From assembly GCA_045863295.1 (NCBI GenBank), contig BTWA01000007.1, forward strand, positions 151,709-215,708: a stretch of DNA of 64,000 nt. Reading direction: 5' to 3'. Under the pieces are notes generated by a model. That model saw only the letters and a list, made by a program, of their open reading frames with translations. It was not told the DNA's origin and did no database searches. Both the position numbers and the translations under genes were made by a program. Shown here piece by piece: positions 21,500 to 30,428 of this stretch (position 1 is its first letter; each line of letters begins with the position of its first letter). Origin of the DNA: Candidatus Hydrogenedentota bacterium (GTDB lineage Bacteria; Hydrogenedentota; Hydrogenedentia; Hydrogenedentales; SLHB01).

Positions 21500-21505
21500 C
21501 GCGGC

Positions 21506-22816
21506 TCAAACGAAATACACCCGGTTTTGGACTAACTCCGTATTCGTGCCGCCACGCACGCCTTCCGTGAACATAAAATGAGGCGCAGACTCTGTACGAT
21601 TATGTCCCGTGGGTCGTTCCAGATTCGGAAGCCATCGCGGAACCGCCGCATCCACTTCCGTAATTACGCTCCCAACGAAACTGCGGCCGTTGTCCTGGGA
21701 GACAAAATGCGCAATCTCGCTGCTTGGATGTCCCCACAATGAGTCCTCGGGACCCGCGGGTTTTCCTACCAAGGTAAGCACAGCATGCAATTCGCCATTG
21801 CCCGAAAAGGCGATGCCGCCGGGTGTGACCAATCCCCAGCCTTCCGGTTCGGGCAGGGGGGGAGTGAATGCTGTGTTGGCCCATCCTCCATGGCCGTCGG
21901 GATACGATAGCCAAGCCGTTCGCGTGCCATAGTGACTGCAGAGTACGAGCGGCAATCCATGGCTGTCGGTGATAATCGATCCACCCCTTAAATCGCCGTT
22001 GGCGACGGTTGGCTCTTTACTGACGACATCAATTGTATGCGCTGTGACAGGTAGGGCTAACGCGTTACCATCGAGGCGGGTCCATGTTTCTCCGTAGTCC
22101 GCGCTTCGCATATATCCGATAGTGTGTCCATGTCCCGGCGAACCGTCATACAACCTGCATGACAGATGCAACGTCTTGCCTTCATGCCCCCAAGCCAGCG
22201 CTTCCATAAAGTGTGCATAGCCGCCGGTCAACGCTTGCATAATGGGGTGTGGACCCTCCCACACCTTACCAGGCCGCTTGATGTAGCGATTGCACAACCA
22301 CGGCGCACTCTTGCTGCTTTCACGGCAGGTGACGATGAGTGTATCGTCCGGGGCGCACACGAGTGTGGGGTACGTAGTAGTCGATCCAAACGTTTCTTCC
22401 TCGCCCCACTCGGAGGCATCGTTTGGGCGGACCGACTTGCGGTACCGCATCGGGTGGTGATGTGGAAAATACACGATATGCAGATACCCCTGACTGTCCA
22501 CCGTCAGCGCGGGTCCGCCGTGATTGTCATGGGCCTCGCCCACGGTCACCGTAGGTTCCCAGATTCCGGACGCATGGTCCAGCGTGCGTATCCGAACTCG
22601 AAATCCTTCGCGAGGCGAGTCCAGCCATGCTACATGCGTCTTCCCATTCAGCGTGACGATTTTGTTGGTCTCTTCGTACCCCGTGGCCCTGCTGCAACCA
22701 ACGTCTGAAAGCAAGAAAGCGGCAGGTATCGATGCACCGGCTGGTGCATCGCGTAGTCCATCGAAAGTAAGGCCGGTAGTGGCAGCTGCATACGAGATAA
22801 ATGTGCGGCGATTCAT
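21506..22816 (-). CDS. BNR-4 repeat (Asp-box) protein, Tat-exported
   Basis: NRRTF Tat signal; HDNHGGPALTVD-GYLHIVY-HH; SADYGETW and SQDNGRSF Asp boxes. Confidence 0.8.
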   Translation of the reverse strand: MNRRTFISYAAATTGLTFDGLRDAPAGASIPAAFLLSDVGCSRATGYEETNKIVTLNGKTHVAWLDSPREGFRVRIRTLDHASGIWEPTVTVGEAHDNHGGPALTVDSQGYLHIVYFPHHHPMRYRKSVRPNDASEWGEEETFGSTTTYPTLVCAPDDTLIVTCRESSKSAPWLCNRYIKRPGKVWEGPHPIMQALTGGYAHFMEALAWGHEGKTLHLSCRLYDGSPGHGHTIGYMRSADYGETWTRLDGNALALPVTAHTIDVVSKEPTVANGDLRGGSIITDSHGLPLVLCSHYGTRTAWLSYPDGHGGWANTAFTPPLPEPEGWGLVTPGGIAFSGNGELHAVLTLVGKPAGPEDSLWGHPSSEIAHFVSQDNGRSFVGSVITEVDAAVPRWLPNLERPTGHNRTESAPHFMFTEGVRGGTNTELVQNRVYFV

Positions 22817-24294
22817 GTGTTTTGCTCTACCCCAGCAGACTCGGCGTAGTCCGCGCCATTGAGACTGCGCACGACGGAGGCTTGCCACAGGCCAAGTGCA
22901 TGGGTCATCTCCGCAGCGATCCTCTCTTCGTCCTCCATCCGGTTCAGCGACTCTTGTGGATCGTCCTTCAGGTTATACAATTCGTATGCAGGCGTTCCCG
23001 ACTGTTCTTTTTCATCAATGCGATGCAACTTCCATGGCCACGCCAACCAGGCAGCGTGTCCTGGGTACTCGTTTTCAGGATAGGTCTTGTCGATTTGTCC
23101 GCTCTGGGCCTCCAACAATTCTGGGTGTGCGGTGTCGACACCATTCCTTTGTGACTCCAACAACTCGGCCATCAGCGTGTCGCTGGGCGTCACGATACCT
23201 TTCGCCGGATATCGCCAGAACCCCATCGGCGCCGGTCGTTCCGTCATATTATCTTCGAAGGATTTCCGTAGGCTGATGCCGTCCAATACCGGTTGGTTTT
23301 TGACCTTTACACCGGCAATGTCTATCAAAGTGGGATAAATGTCCACCGTTCCGCACGGCATGCTGGCTACGCGCGGTGATTGAATGACCCTAGGCCACTC
23401 TACAAACGCGGGCACACGCAAACCGCCTTCATATATATCGGCCTTGTGTCCACGCCCCCCGGTGGACCCCACTTCCGGTAGTCCGCCATTGTCGCTGTTG
23501 TACCAGAGAATGGTGTTCTCATGGATGCCCATCTCACGCAACGACGAGCGCAGTTTTCCAAATGCCCGGTCCATACCTGTAATCTCGCCGTAGAAATTCC
23601 CGTGCTTTTCGTCTTCTGCGGGATACAATGAACGCAATTCTTCGGTGGCGGTATGGGGCTTATGCGGCGATCCGAACCAAACCACCGCCAAGAATGGACT
23701 CTTGCTCTGCGATTGCCTTTGCATAAAAGCGATTGCGGCATCCACTGCCACCATGGAGCTTTCGCCCTTAAATACTTCCGCCCTGCCGTTCCGGCTGAGA
23801 ATAGGATCATTGTCGTAGAAATTCGGGGCCGACAGCCACTCGTCGAATCCACTCGCGCCTGGATTGGTCTCGCTCCCATTTTCTACCGGTCCCAGGTGCC
23901 ACTTCCCAAAATGTCCGGTGACATATCCCGCTGTTTTCAGCGCTTTTGGAAGTGTGATCTCTTGAGGGCGAAGCGGATAGCCCCACGTAAAACACCCAAA
24001 TCGGTTTGGATGACGGCCTGTCATTACGCTCCCCCGGGTGGGCGAGCAAACCGGAGCTGCCGCGTAAAACCGGTCAAACCGTAAACATGCGGCGGCGGCG
24101 GCGTCGAAATGCGGGGTTTGAACAATTGGGTGTCCATTGTAGGCCATGTCCCCCCATCCCTGGTCATCGGCCATGCAAAGTACAATGTTGGGCGGGAGAT
24201 TGTCTTGGGAAGGCTGCGCGTGTGTGCGTAAGGTTGCGGCTGCGATAGCAGCGCCTCCTGCCATCCCCAGGAATTCGCGCCTCCGCATCGTCAT
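22813..24294 (-). CDS. Sulfatase (Cys-type, Tat-exported)
   Basis: RRREFL Tat signal; PNIVLCMADDQG, CSPTRGSVMTGR, GKWHLG, YEGGLRVP. Confidence 0.92.
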   Translation of the reverse strand: MTMRRREFLGMAGGAAIAAATLRTHAQPSQDNLPPNIVLCMADDQGWGDMAYNGHPIVQTPHFDAAAAACLRFDRFYAAAPVCSPTRGSVMTGRHPNRFGCFTWGYPLRPQEITLPKALKTAGYVTGHFGKWHLGPVENGSETNPGASGFDEWLSAPNFYDNDPILSRNGRAEVFKGESSMVAVDAAIAFMQRQSQSKSPFLAVVWFGSPHKPHTATEELRSLYPAEDEKHGNFYGEITGMDRAFGKLRSSLREMGIHENTILWYNSDNGGLPEVGSTGGRGHKADIYEGGLRVPAFVEWPRVIQSPRVASMPCGTVDIYPTLIDIAGVKVKNQPVLDGISLRKSFEDNMTERPAPMGFWRYPAKGIVTPSDTLMAELLESQRNGVDTAHPELLEAQSGQIDKTYPENEYPGHAAWLAWPWKLHRIDEKEQSGTPAYELYNLKDDPQESLNRMEDEERIAAEMTHALGLWQASVVRSLNGADYAESAGVEQNT

Positions 24295-24323
24295 GCCGCA
24301 TCTCCTTGTTACGCCGCCATGAT

Positions 24324-25592
24324 CTACCGTAAGGCGACCACCACTGCATTGTCAGGGTGTTGCATCGTACCATTCACTCCTGTGAACAGTGTGCCGTCGG
24401 CTGAGAGAGCCATTCCTTCGCTAAAGCCTCCGTCAGACTTGCCGACGGCTTTACTCCAGCGCGTTTTGCCAGTGGCTTTTTCAACGGCGTACGCGGTACC
24501 TGTTCCGTTCAACCCGAAAAAAAGCAAGTCTTTCCCGGCAACGAGGCCACTTACGTCAATTCCGCGGTCGAAAACTTTTCGCCAACGCTCTTTTCCGTCG
24601 AGATCGAGCGCATACAACACTGGAGCCGGAGCCATGTAACTGCTGTAGACTCCGGACGCATCCATGGCGCGCAATCGTAGCGCACCTTTTCCCTCGACCC
24701 GATAAATCCACTTGCGCGCATGGGTTCGTCCGGCTTCCCCTATCGCGTACAAAAGTCCGAATTCCTCGCACTGTATATAGATCGTGCCATTCACGTCTAC
24801 GGCCGGTATGCTCCACGCAAACGAATGTCCCTCGGATTGCTCAGGACTCCACGCCCACTTGTCCGAGCCATCTGCCGTGTTCACCGCGTACAGGTAAGCA
24901 ACCTTGTTCGCGGTTCGTCCGATATACATTGTCTCTTGATCGGTGGAAAGAGCAGGGGAGGAAGCATTGCCTGTTGCCCCGTCGGGAAAACGATGAATCC
25001 AAAGCGGCTCTCCGTCTCGGGGATTAAGTTTTTGAACTGTGTCCGTGTCACGGGGATAAACGTAGATAGATCCCTCTTCATCCACCAGAAGGGCCGACGT
25101 TATTGGATCGAGGTCGTGTGTAAGGTGACGTTCCCAGCGCAACGCGCCCGAATTTCGCTCAAAGCAGCGAATCCAGCCGAATCGAAATCCCATAACAATG
25201 CCGCCATCCCTCGTCAGAGCGGGTACGCTCAATTGGGACACGCTGGCTGGATACCCGGCCGTTGCTGGGTCCCATTGCCATGTGTATCGCCAACGCTCCT
25301 TGCCCTTGGGCGAAATGGAAACCAGAATACCGCGCCCTTCATAGTTCCGTGGTTTACCTTCGCCGCCCGCGGGAGCCGCAGTGGCATACACATTGCCTGC
25401 CTCGTCCACAACGGGCTGGGTTAGCGATTCTCCCACTATGTCCGTTGTAAACTCCCACAGGATGGTAGGCTCTGACAATGGTCCATCCACGGCGACTTCG
25501 CCCGTTCGCTGTGCATTTCCTCCCGCCATAGGAAATTGACACCAGGCCGATGTCATACATACAAGGAGAAGCGGAACAATACGAAGATACAA
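24324..25592 (-). CDS. PQQ-like beta-propeller repeat protein
   Basis: GGNAQRTG start motif; repeated LYAxxxxG-xxxW blades. Confidence 0.8.
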   Translation of the reverse strand: MYLRIVPLLLVCMTSAWCQFPMAGGNAQRTGEVAVDGPLSEPTILWEFTTDIVGESLTQPVVDEAGNVYATAAPAGGEGKPRNYEGRGILVSISPKGKERWRYTWQWDPATAGYPASVSQLSVPALTRDGGIVMGFRFGWIRCFERNSGALRWERHLTHDLDPITSALLVDEEGSIYVYPRDTDTVQKLNPRDGEPLWIHRFPDGATGNASSPALSTDQETMYIGRTANKVAYLYAVNTADGSDKWAWSPEQSEGHSFAWSIPAVDVNGTIYIQCEEFGLLYAIGEAGRTHARKWIYRVEGKGALRLRAMDASGVYSSYMAPAPVLYALDLDGKERWRKVFDRGIDVSGLVAGKDLLFFGLNGTGTAYAVEKATGKTRWSKAVGKSDGGFSEGMALSADGTLFTGVNGTMQHPDNAVVVALR

Positions 25593-25594
25593 CT

Positions 25595-27391
25595 TCAGTT
25601 CTCCTTCTCGATAACAAACGAATCCTTCACGGAGCCATCCACGCCAATCGCCTGCATGGTCAGTTTGTTGCCGTCAATTTCATAACGGTCGCACATGAGT
25701 CCGCCTCCTACCCAGGCTTCCACCAAGGCTGGTTTAGGACGGTCCGAATCGAACTCGCGCCCGGGTATCGAAATAGCGGTCACGTATACTGTTCCGTCTG
25801 CTGGGGAATCGACCACGGAACCACCTTTCACGGGATAGGTGCGTGTGTGCGTGTGAATGTGTCCCGTCAGCACCACATCCACATGGTATTCATCAAAGGC
25901 TGTCGCCCAATACTTCTGCAGTGCCGACGGTTGGTCTTCGCGTGTATACATTGGAAAATGGAACAGGGCGATTTTCCAGGTTGCCGTGCTTTGCGCCAGT
26001 TTCTCCCGCAACCATTCGCCTTGGAGTCCTGTCGGGCTCATCACGTCAAGCACAAAAAACTCGGCGTTGCCGTAACGAAACGTATAGGCCCGCTCGGGTC
26101 GAATTCCCTCAGGCCCGTTTTCTGGCAATCCAAAGACTTCCAAGTATATATCCGGCGGAAAACCCAGTTGTGCATCATGATTGCCTATGGCCGGCATGAC
26201 CGGTCGTGTGCGATACATTGCCTCGCCGTAGGCCAGTGTTTCGTCATAGTCCTGGCGCTCCATTCCCGTTCGCACAAGATCCCCGGAGATAAGACAGAAA
26301 CTGGTGTCCGGATATGCCTTAAACGTATCGCGCAGCAGTTTGCCCCAGTGTTCGTTGCTGTGTGTGTCACTGCAATGAAAAAAGCTGAATTTCGCGGGAT
26401 TGGCGGGCGCCGTGGTAAAGGCCGCGGGGGTGCTCCACAAGTCCTTTTCCCTCACCCCTGCTTGATACTCGTACGTCGTACCGGGCTCGAGTCCCGCAAT
26501 CAATCCGGTATACCAGTGGCAATACCGGTCATTGGCCAGCATCCGGTCTTCCATTCTTACCGGTGCAACATCGATTTCATGCTTCGTGCTGTCACCTTGC
26601 TTCCAGTAGCGAATCACGCCGTCGCTTACCGTGTCCTTGGTTCGCCAATTTACGGTTTGCGTTGTTTTTGGGTCGTCGCTCCACGTCAAATAGACTGGGC
26701 TCGGACGTTCCGTCGCGGGAAATTTTGTCTGGCGGAATCCACCAACCAGATGCGATTCCCTTCCGCGGCCGCGGATCGTCGTTAAAAGTTGTTGCCCCAC
26801 TAAAGCAACTGGCACCTCGGTTAACACCAATTCTGTCCAATCGTTGTAGCACAGCGCGCCGACCTTGGTCTCCACGATAGGAAATCGATCCGGGGAAAGA
26901 TTCGAAATGGTCACCTTTTTAGAGGAGTCTTTGGCGCCAACGGAAACCAGATAATGCGGCCGGTGATATTCGAAGCCGTTGATTCCCAATTCAACTTTTC
27001 CGGCAGGGAATTCCTTTTGCCATACTTCGTATTGCCAATCTTCCATGTTCCTGGCGGTCAGATCCGTTTTCTTGAATCCGGCCGGCTCAAGCCAGAAAGG
27101 AATTACTTCTTGTTTCACGTCACGTAGTATCGACACCACTACCGGCATGTCTGCTGTAAATGACAGGTGTTTCGTCGCCAGCACAGCTAACTCGTCCGGT
27201 GTCAGCAACGTCATAACCTTCGCATTGTCCAGCGCGTACAACTCCTCCATGGGCATAGACGCGTAGAACCGCGTGATTACGTTGTCCATTACCGTATCCA
27301 CCGTATCGGCGGCCCGGGCAGTCAGAACGACCAGCAACGAGAGTACGCCTGCAATCAGGACTTTTTTGACACTGTAGAAACCACACAACAT
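25595..27391 (-). CDS. Purple acid phosphatase-like FN3 + metallophosphoesterase
   Basis: GLEPGTTYEY (FN3); SDTH, GDLV, GNHD, GHIHT metal-binding motifs. SD AGGAG upstream of 27391. Confidence 0.88.
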   Translation of the reverse strand: MLCGFYSVKKVLIAGVLSLLVVLTARAADTVDTVMDNVITRFYASMPMEELYALDNAKVMTLLTPDELAVLATKHLSFTADMPVVVSILRDVKQEVIPFWLEPAGFKKTDLTARNMEDWQYEVWQKEFPAGKVELGINGFEYHRPHYLVSVGAKDSSKKVTISNLSPDRFPIVETKVGALCYNDWTELVLTEVPVALVGQQLLTTIRGRGRESHLVGGFRQTKFPATERPSPVYLTWSDDPKTTQTVNWRTKDTVSDGVIRYWKQGDSTKHEIDVAPVRMEDRMLANDRYCHWYTGLIAGLEPGTTYEYQAGVREKDLWSTPAAFTTAPANPAKFSFFHCSDTHSNEHWGKLLRDTFKAYPDTSFCLISGDLVRTGMERQDYDETLAYGEAMYRTRPVMPAIGNHDAQLGFPPDIYLEVFGLPENGPEGIRPERAYTFRYGNAEFFVLDVMSPTGLQGEWLREKLAQSTATWKIALFHFPMYTREDQPSALQKYWATAFDEYHVDVVLTGHIHTHTRTYPVKGGSVVDSPADGTVYVTAISIPGREFDSDRPKPALVEAWVGGGLMCDRYEIDGNKLTMQAIGVDGSVKDSFVIEKEN

Positions 27392-27504
27392 GTCATAACT
27401 CCTTGAGCGCGATGTTAGGGGTGCAATATGGGTTTCGCCCATGATCGATATCTTGCGGACACCATAAACGACGAAGCGCGTGCGGTTCTACCGAATTGAT
27501 GGAA

Positions 27505-28317
27505 TCACCTGTCCGGGCTTTCGTGCAATCTCAGGAGCTCCGGTGCCCGATCAGTCTGAAGCCAGTCCACGCCGCATTCGAGCATACGAGTCCACACCGC
27601 CGGTATGTCTGCTTCATCCAATACTTTTGCCTGTACTTTTATCCCTAAAGCATGAAATCGGGCGCAGACATCCGGAGTGACTTCATTGTGATTGATTTCG
27701 ACCGCCGAGGGCTTCCATTTCGCGACCCAATCTTCGATGCCGTAATCCGTATGCCATTTGGGCATAATTGGGATCTGCCCTTTGGAGAGTAACCGTACCT
27801 TTTCGAGTACTTCGACGCTGTCAAATACGACGACTTGGTTCGCCATGTCTGCATCAAGTATCTCATGGACAATTAACTCCGGATCGATTGATTTGCAGTC
27901 CAGATAGAGATTTAGCCGGTTTCGCGCGATGGTCAGACATTCTTTCAGGGTCAGAATACGCTCGCCCTTGAACTGATCAGAAAAATGCGACCCGGCATCA
28001 AGCAACTTAATCTCGGCCAGAGTCAAATCGGAGACCGCCCCCGTGCCGTCAGTCTTGCCGTCTACCGTGCTGTCGTGAAACACGATGTGTTGGCCATCCT
28101 TCGTCAACCGGACATCCACTTCGGCCCATTCAATCCTTAGGTCAACGCAGCGGTCCAGCGCGGGCCGCGTATTCTCCGGCGCGTCCGACATGGCACCGCG
28201 ATGGGCCATGACCTGAAAGCGCCTCGGTGGAGAAATGGGTTCAAAGAACTCGGCTGCTTTGGAAACGCTTGAAATGATAATCAAAAGGGCCAGCGAGGTG
28301 AACAAGTAGATACGCAT
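27505..28317 (-). CDS. Glycerophosphodiester phosphodiesterase family protein
   Basis: AHRGA, PENT, EVDVRLTKDG-IVFHD, LQTD. Confidence 0.9.
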   Translation of the reverse strand: MRIYLFTSLALLIIISSVSKAAEFFEPISPPRRFQVMAHRGAMSDAPENTRPALDRCVDLRIEWAEVDVRLTKDGQHIVFHDSTVDGKTDGTGAVSDLTLAEIKLLDAGSHFSDQFKGERILTLKECLTIARNRLNLYLDCKSIDPELIVHEILDADMANQVVVFDSVEVLEKVRLLSKGQIPIMPKWHTDYGIEDWVAKWKPSAVEINHNEVTPDVCARFHALGIKVQAKVLDEADIPAVWTRMLECGVDWLQTDRAPELLRLHESPDR

Positions 28318-28446
28318 GAGAACTCTTCCTTATGGATCCTGCACAAAAGGCATTCTTGCCATTCGCGGGGATTCACTTGTCGCTGACGGTCGAGTGACGC
28401 AATCGTCTATTCTGGAGTTGCACCCTGATTGTGGCAGAATGAAGGC

Positions 28447-29376
28447 ATGTCTGCCAATGCGCTCGACCAGTTTCTCCATCACCTTACGACCGAACGTGGC
28501 TATTCGCCTCATACCGTCCGCGCTTACATGCAGGATATCGAACAATTCTGCGTGTACCTAGAGGAAGGTCCGGCTGGTCTCGACAAACCTGCGGAGGAAC
28601 GGCCGCAACCCTCACTTTCTGTACTGCGCCGGGCGCAGCGGGTCGACGTGCGCGCTTATTTGGCCCATGTTCAAACGCACGGCGGCACGCCCAAAACCGC
28701 AGCGCGAAAACTCGCTTCGTTACGAGCGGCCTACCGATTCTTTATGCGCGTTGGCGAACTCGACATGAACCCCGCACAAAGTGTCAAATCGCCCAAGCTG
28801 CGGCGCGATCTGCCGGATGTACTCAGTATCCCGGAAGTTACCGCGTTACTGGAGGCACCGGACGCAGGCGAACCGCTTGGCGTCCGCGATCGCGCACTGT
28901 TGGAGACCCTCTACTCCAGCGGCATCCGCGCCGCGGAACTCGCCGGGCTCTCGTTGCGCGACGTCGACATAGTCGGCGGCACGATCAAAGTACTGGGCAA
29001 AAGGCGAAAAGAGCGAATAGCCTACCTGGGCCGACCCGCCGGAGAAGCACTCACGGAATACCTGCGAATCCGCGTTCAATTGGGCAATCCACGCCACGAA
29101 CGGCTCTTCGTCAACTTCCGCGGCGGTCCACTGACGACTCGAAGTGTGCAACGGGTTGTCGAGAAATACGTTCTGCAAGTGCTGCCCATGCGAAAGGAAG
29201 TCTCGCCCCACACCCTTCGTCATACCTTTGCTACGCATATGCTTAACGCGGGGGCCGACTTACGTGTTGTCCAGGAACTCCTGGGGCACGAAAGCCTTTC
29301 CAGCACGCAAATCTACACCCATGTCAGCATCGACCGCCTGAAGGAAATCTATCGCGACACCCATCCACATGCGTGA
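28447..29376 (+). CDS. xerC: Tyrosine recombinase XerC
   Basis: ERGYSPHTVRAY, RDRALLETLYSSGIR, GKRRKER, PHTLRHTFATHML, QELLGH, STQIYTHV, terminal HPHA. Confidence 0.88.
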   Translation: MSANALDQFLHHLTTERGYSPHTVRAYMQDIEQFCVYLEEGPAGLDKPAEERPQPSLSVLRRAQRVDVRAYLAHVQTHGGTPKTAARKLASLRAAYRFFMRVGELDMNPAQSVKSPKLRRDLPDVLSIPEVTALLEAPDAGEPLGVRDRALLETLYSSGIRAAELAGLSLRDVDIVGGTIKVLGKRRKERIAYLGRPAGEALTEYLRIRVQLGNPRHERLFVNFRGGPLTTRSVQRVVEKYVLQVLPMRKEVSPHTLRHTFATHMLNAGADLRVVQELLGHESLSSTQIYTHVSIDRLKEIYRDTHPHA

Positions 29377-29406
29377 TGGGACTAGGGTACAGTTGTTAAC
29401 TTACTG

Positions 29407-29436
29407 TTGACACGCCACCTTGACTTGTGCGATACT
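29407..29436 (+). promoter_or_regulatory. sigma70 promoter for the retron operon (TTGACA-N18-GATACT, extended TG)
   Basis: Perfect -35 at 29407-29412; TGcGATACT at 29428-29436. Confidence 0.6.
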
Positions 29437-29455
29437 ACGCAAGTACCCCAAGGTG
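29416..29455. repeat. Nested inverted repeat over the promoter (CACCTTG ACTTGTG ... CGCAAGT accc CAAGGTG), putative operator
   Basis: CACCTTG/CAAGGTG pair perfectly; ACTTGTG/CGCAAGT has one mismatch; both flank the -10 box. Confidence 0.5.
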
Positions 29456-29508
29456 TAGACAATTCACAGGAGGGCAAACTTCAGTTTAGGGTCGACGCGA
29501 TGTAGTAA

Positions 29509-29797
29509 TCTCTGGGTCTGAACGTGGCCATGCTAAATGGTCGCCTCCTCCCACCAGGAGGTAGGTCCCCCGCCCGCGTGTCAGGATGTATGCCTGTTAG
29601 TCTCGTGGTATCTCCGGTGTGCTTGCGTGGCAAGTGACTCTGGTATTGACGTGCCACAGAACTCGTAGCAAGTGTTGACAGGATACGCTGCGTGGACCTC
29701 ATATAGCGCAAACAAATGTTTCGCTATCAGTTCATGAAGGACCGGTGAGTCACATTGTAGTGGCGAGCCGGGCGGCCTGAAGAACAATACCCAGAGA
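29509..29797 (+). ncRNA. Putative retron ncRNA (msr-msd)
   Basis: Terminal inverted repeat TCTCTGGGT (29509-17) / ACCCAGAGA (29789-97); two short 5' hairpins; a long imperfect stem at 29563-29699; two further hairpins. Lies upstream of a retron-type RT. Confidence 0.7.
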
Positions 29798-29813
29798 AGG
29801 GAGGTGAATCCAT

Positions 29814-30278
29814 ATGGATACGCAATCTGAAGTTCGCGTCGCCCCTGGCCAGCAAGCTGCAGTCGATAAGTTGGATGCCATGATCAAGTTGCTACGATCA
29901 TCCGTCCACAAGGTGGAGCAGCGTGATGGCCAAGGCTGCGCAGAGCTGCGACTGGTTTTGGCTGAGGCCGAAGAGATCTTGGCAATACTGAAATCCGATC
30001 GGGCAGCCAATGCGATCGATTGGAAAAAGATTGGTCAAGTGCTCCGGTTTCTTTTGGACCTGTTGAAAGTGGTCTGTTCCTTTTATAACTGTGTATTCCC
30101 CAGATGGAGAGGTAATGGACACTGGGTTGATCATAAAGAAGATACGCGTAAGCGAGTCTCTGACACAGGACGAGCTTGCCACCGAACTGGATGTTACGCG
30201 AGCATATCTTTCCCAAGTGGAAAATGGTCGAAAACACTGCAGCTTAGACTTATTGCGCAAAGTCGCGCAGAGATTTGA
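29814..30278 (+). CDS. Small alpha-helical protein, putative retron effector (3' end uncertain)
   Basis: Strong SD GGGAGGTG; amphipathic helical first ~90 aa. The remainder overlaps the HTH gene. Confidence 0.6.
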   Translation: MDTQSEVRVAPGQQAAVDKLDAMIKLLRSSVHKVEQRDGQGCAELRLVLAEAEEILAILKSDRAANAIDWKKIGQVLRFLLDLLKVVCSFYNCVFPRWRGNGHWVDHKEDTRKRVSDTGRACHRTGCYASISFPSGKWSKTLQLRLIAQSRAEI

Positions 30279-30417
30279 TATTCCCATTGCTCTATTGCTG
30301 GCGTGGGAAGATGATGCAAGTGTCGATGCGGAGTTAAACGGGAGGTTACAACGGTTATTCATGGAGATTCTTTCCGCAAGAATTGCTAAGACCCAGTCTC
30401 CCAGGCCCACTGGCTGA
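30115..30417 (+). CDS. XRE/Cro-C1 helix-turn-helix protein (retron-associated)
   Basis: IKKIRVSESLTQDELATELDVTRAYLSQVENGRK; SD GGAGAGG before ATG at 30115. Confidence 0.9.
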   Translation: MDTGLIIKKIRVSESLTQDELATELDVTRAYLSQVENGRKHCSLDLLRKVAQRFDIPIALLLAWEDDASVDAELNGRLQRLFMEILSARIAKTQSPRPTG

Positions 30418-30428
30418 ATTAGGCCGTC

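Noticed and set aside
28447..29376. Tyrosine recombinase as the integrase of the retron island
   Set aside because: Sequence, length and the terminal HPHA match housekeeping XerC, GC is host-like, and no att repeats were seen.
29374..29401. dif-like site downstream of xerC
   Set aside because: Only 7/11 match to the XerD arm (AGTTGTTAACT) and no plausible XerC arm.
29481..29787. Minus-strand ORFs (76 and 68 aa) upstream of the retron genes
   Set aside because: Non-protein-like composition; the region is better explained as structured RNA on the plus strand.
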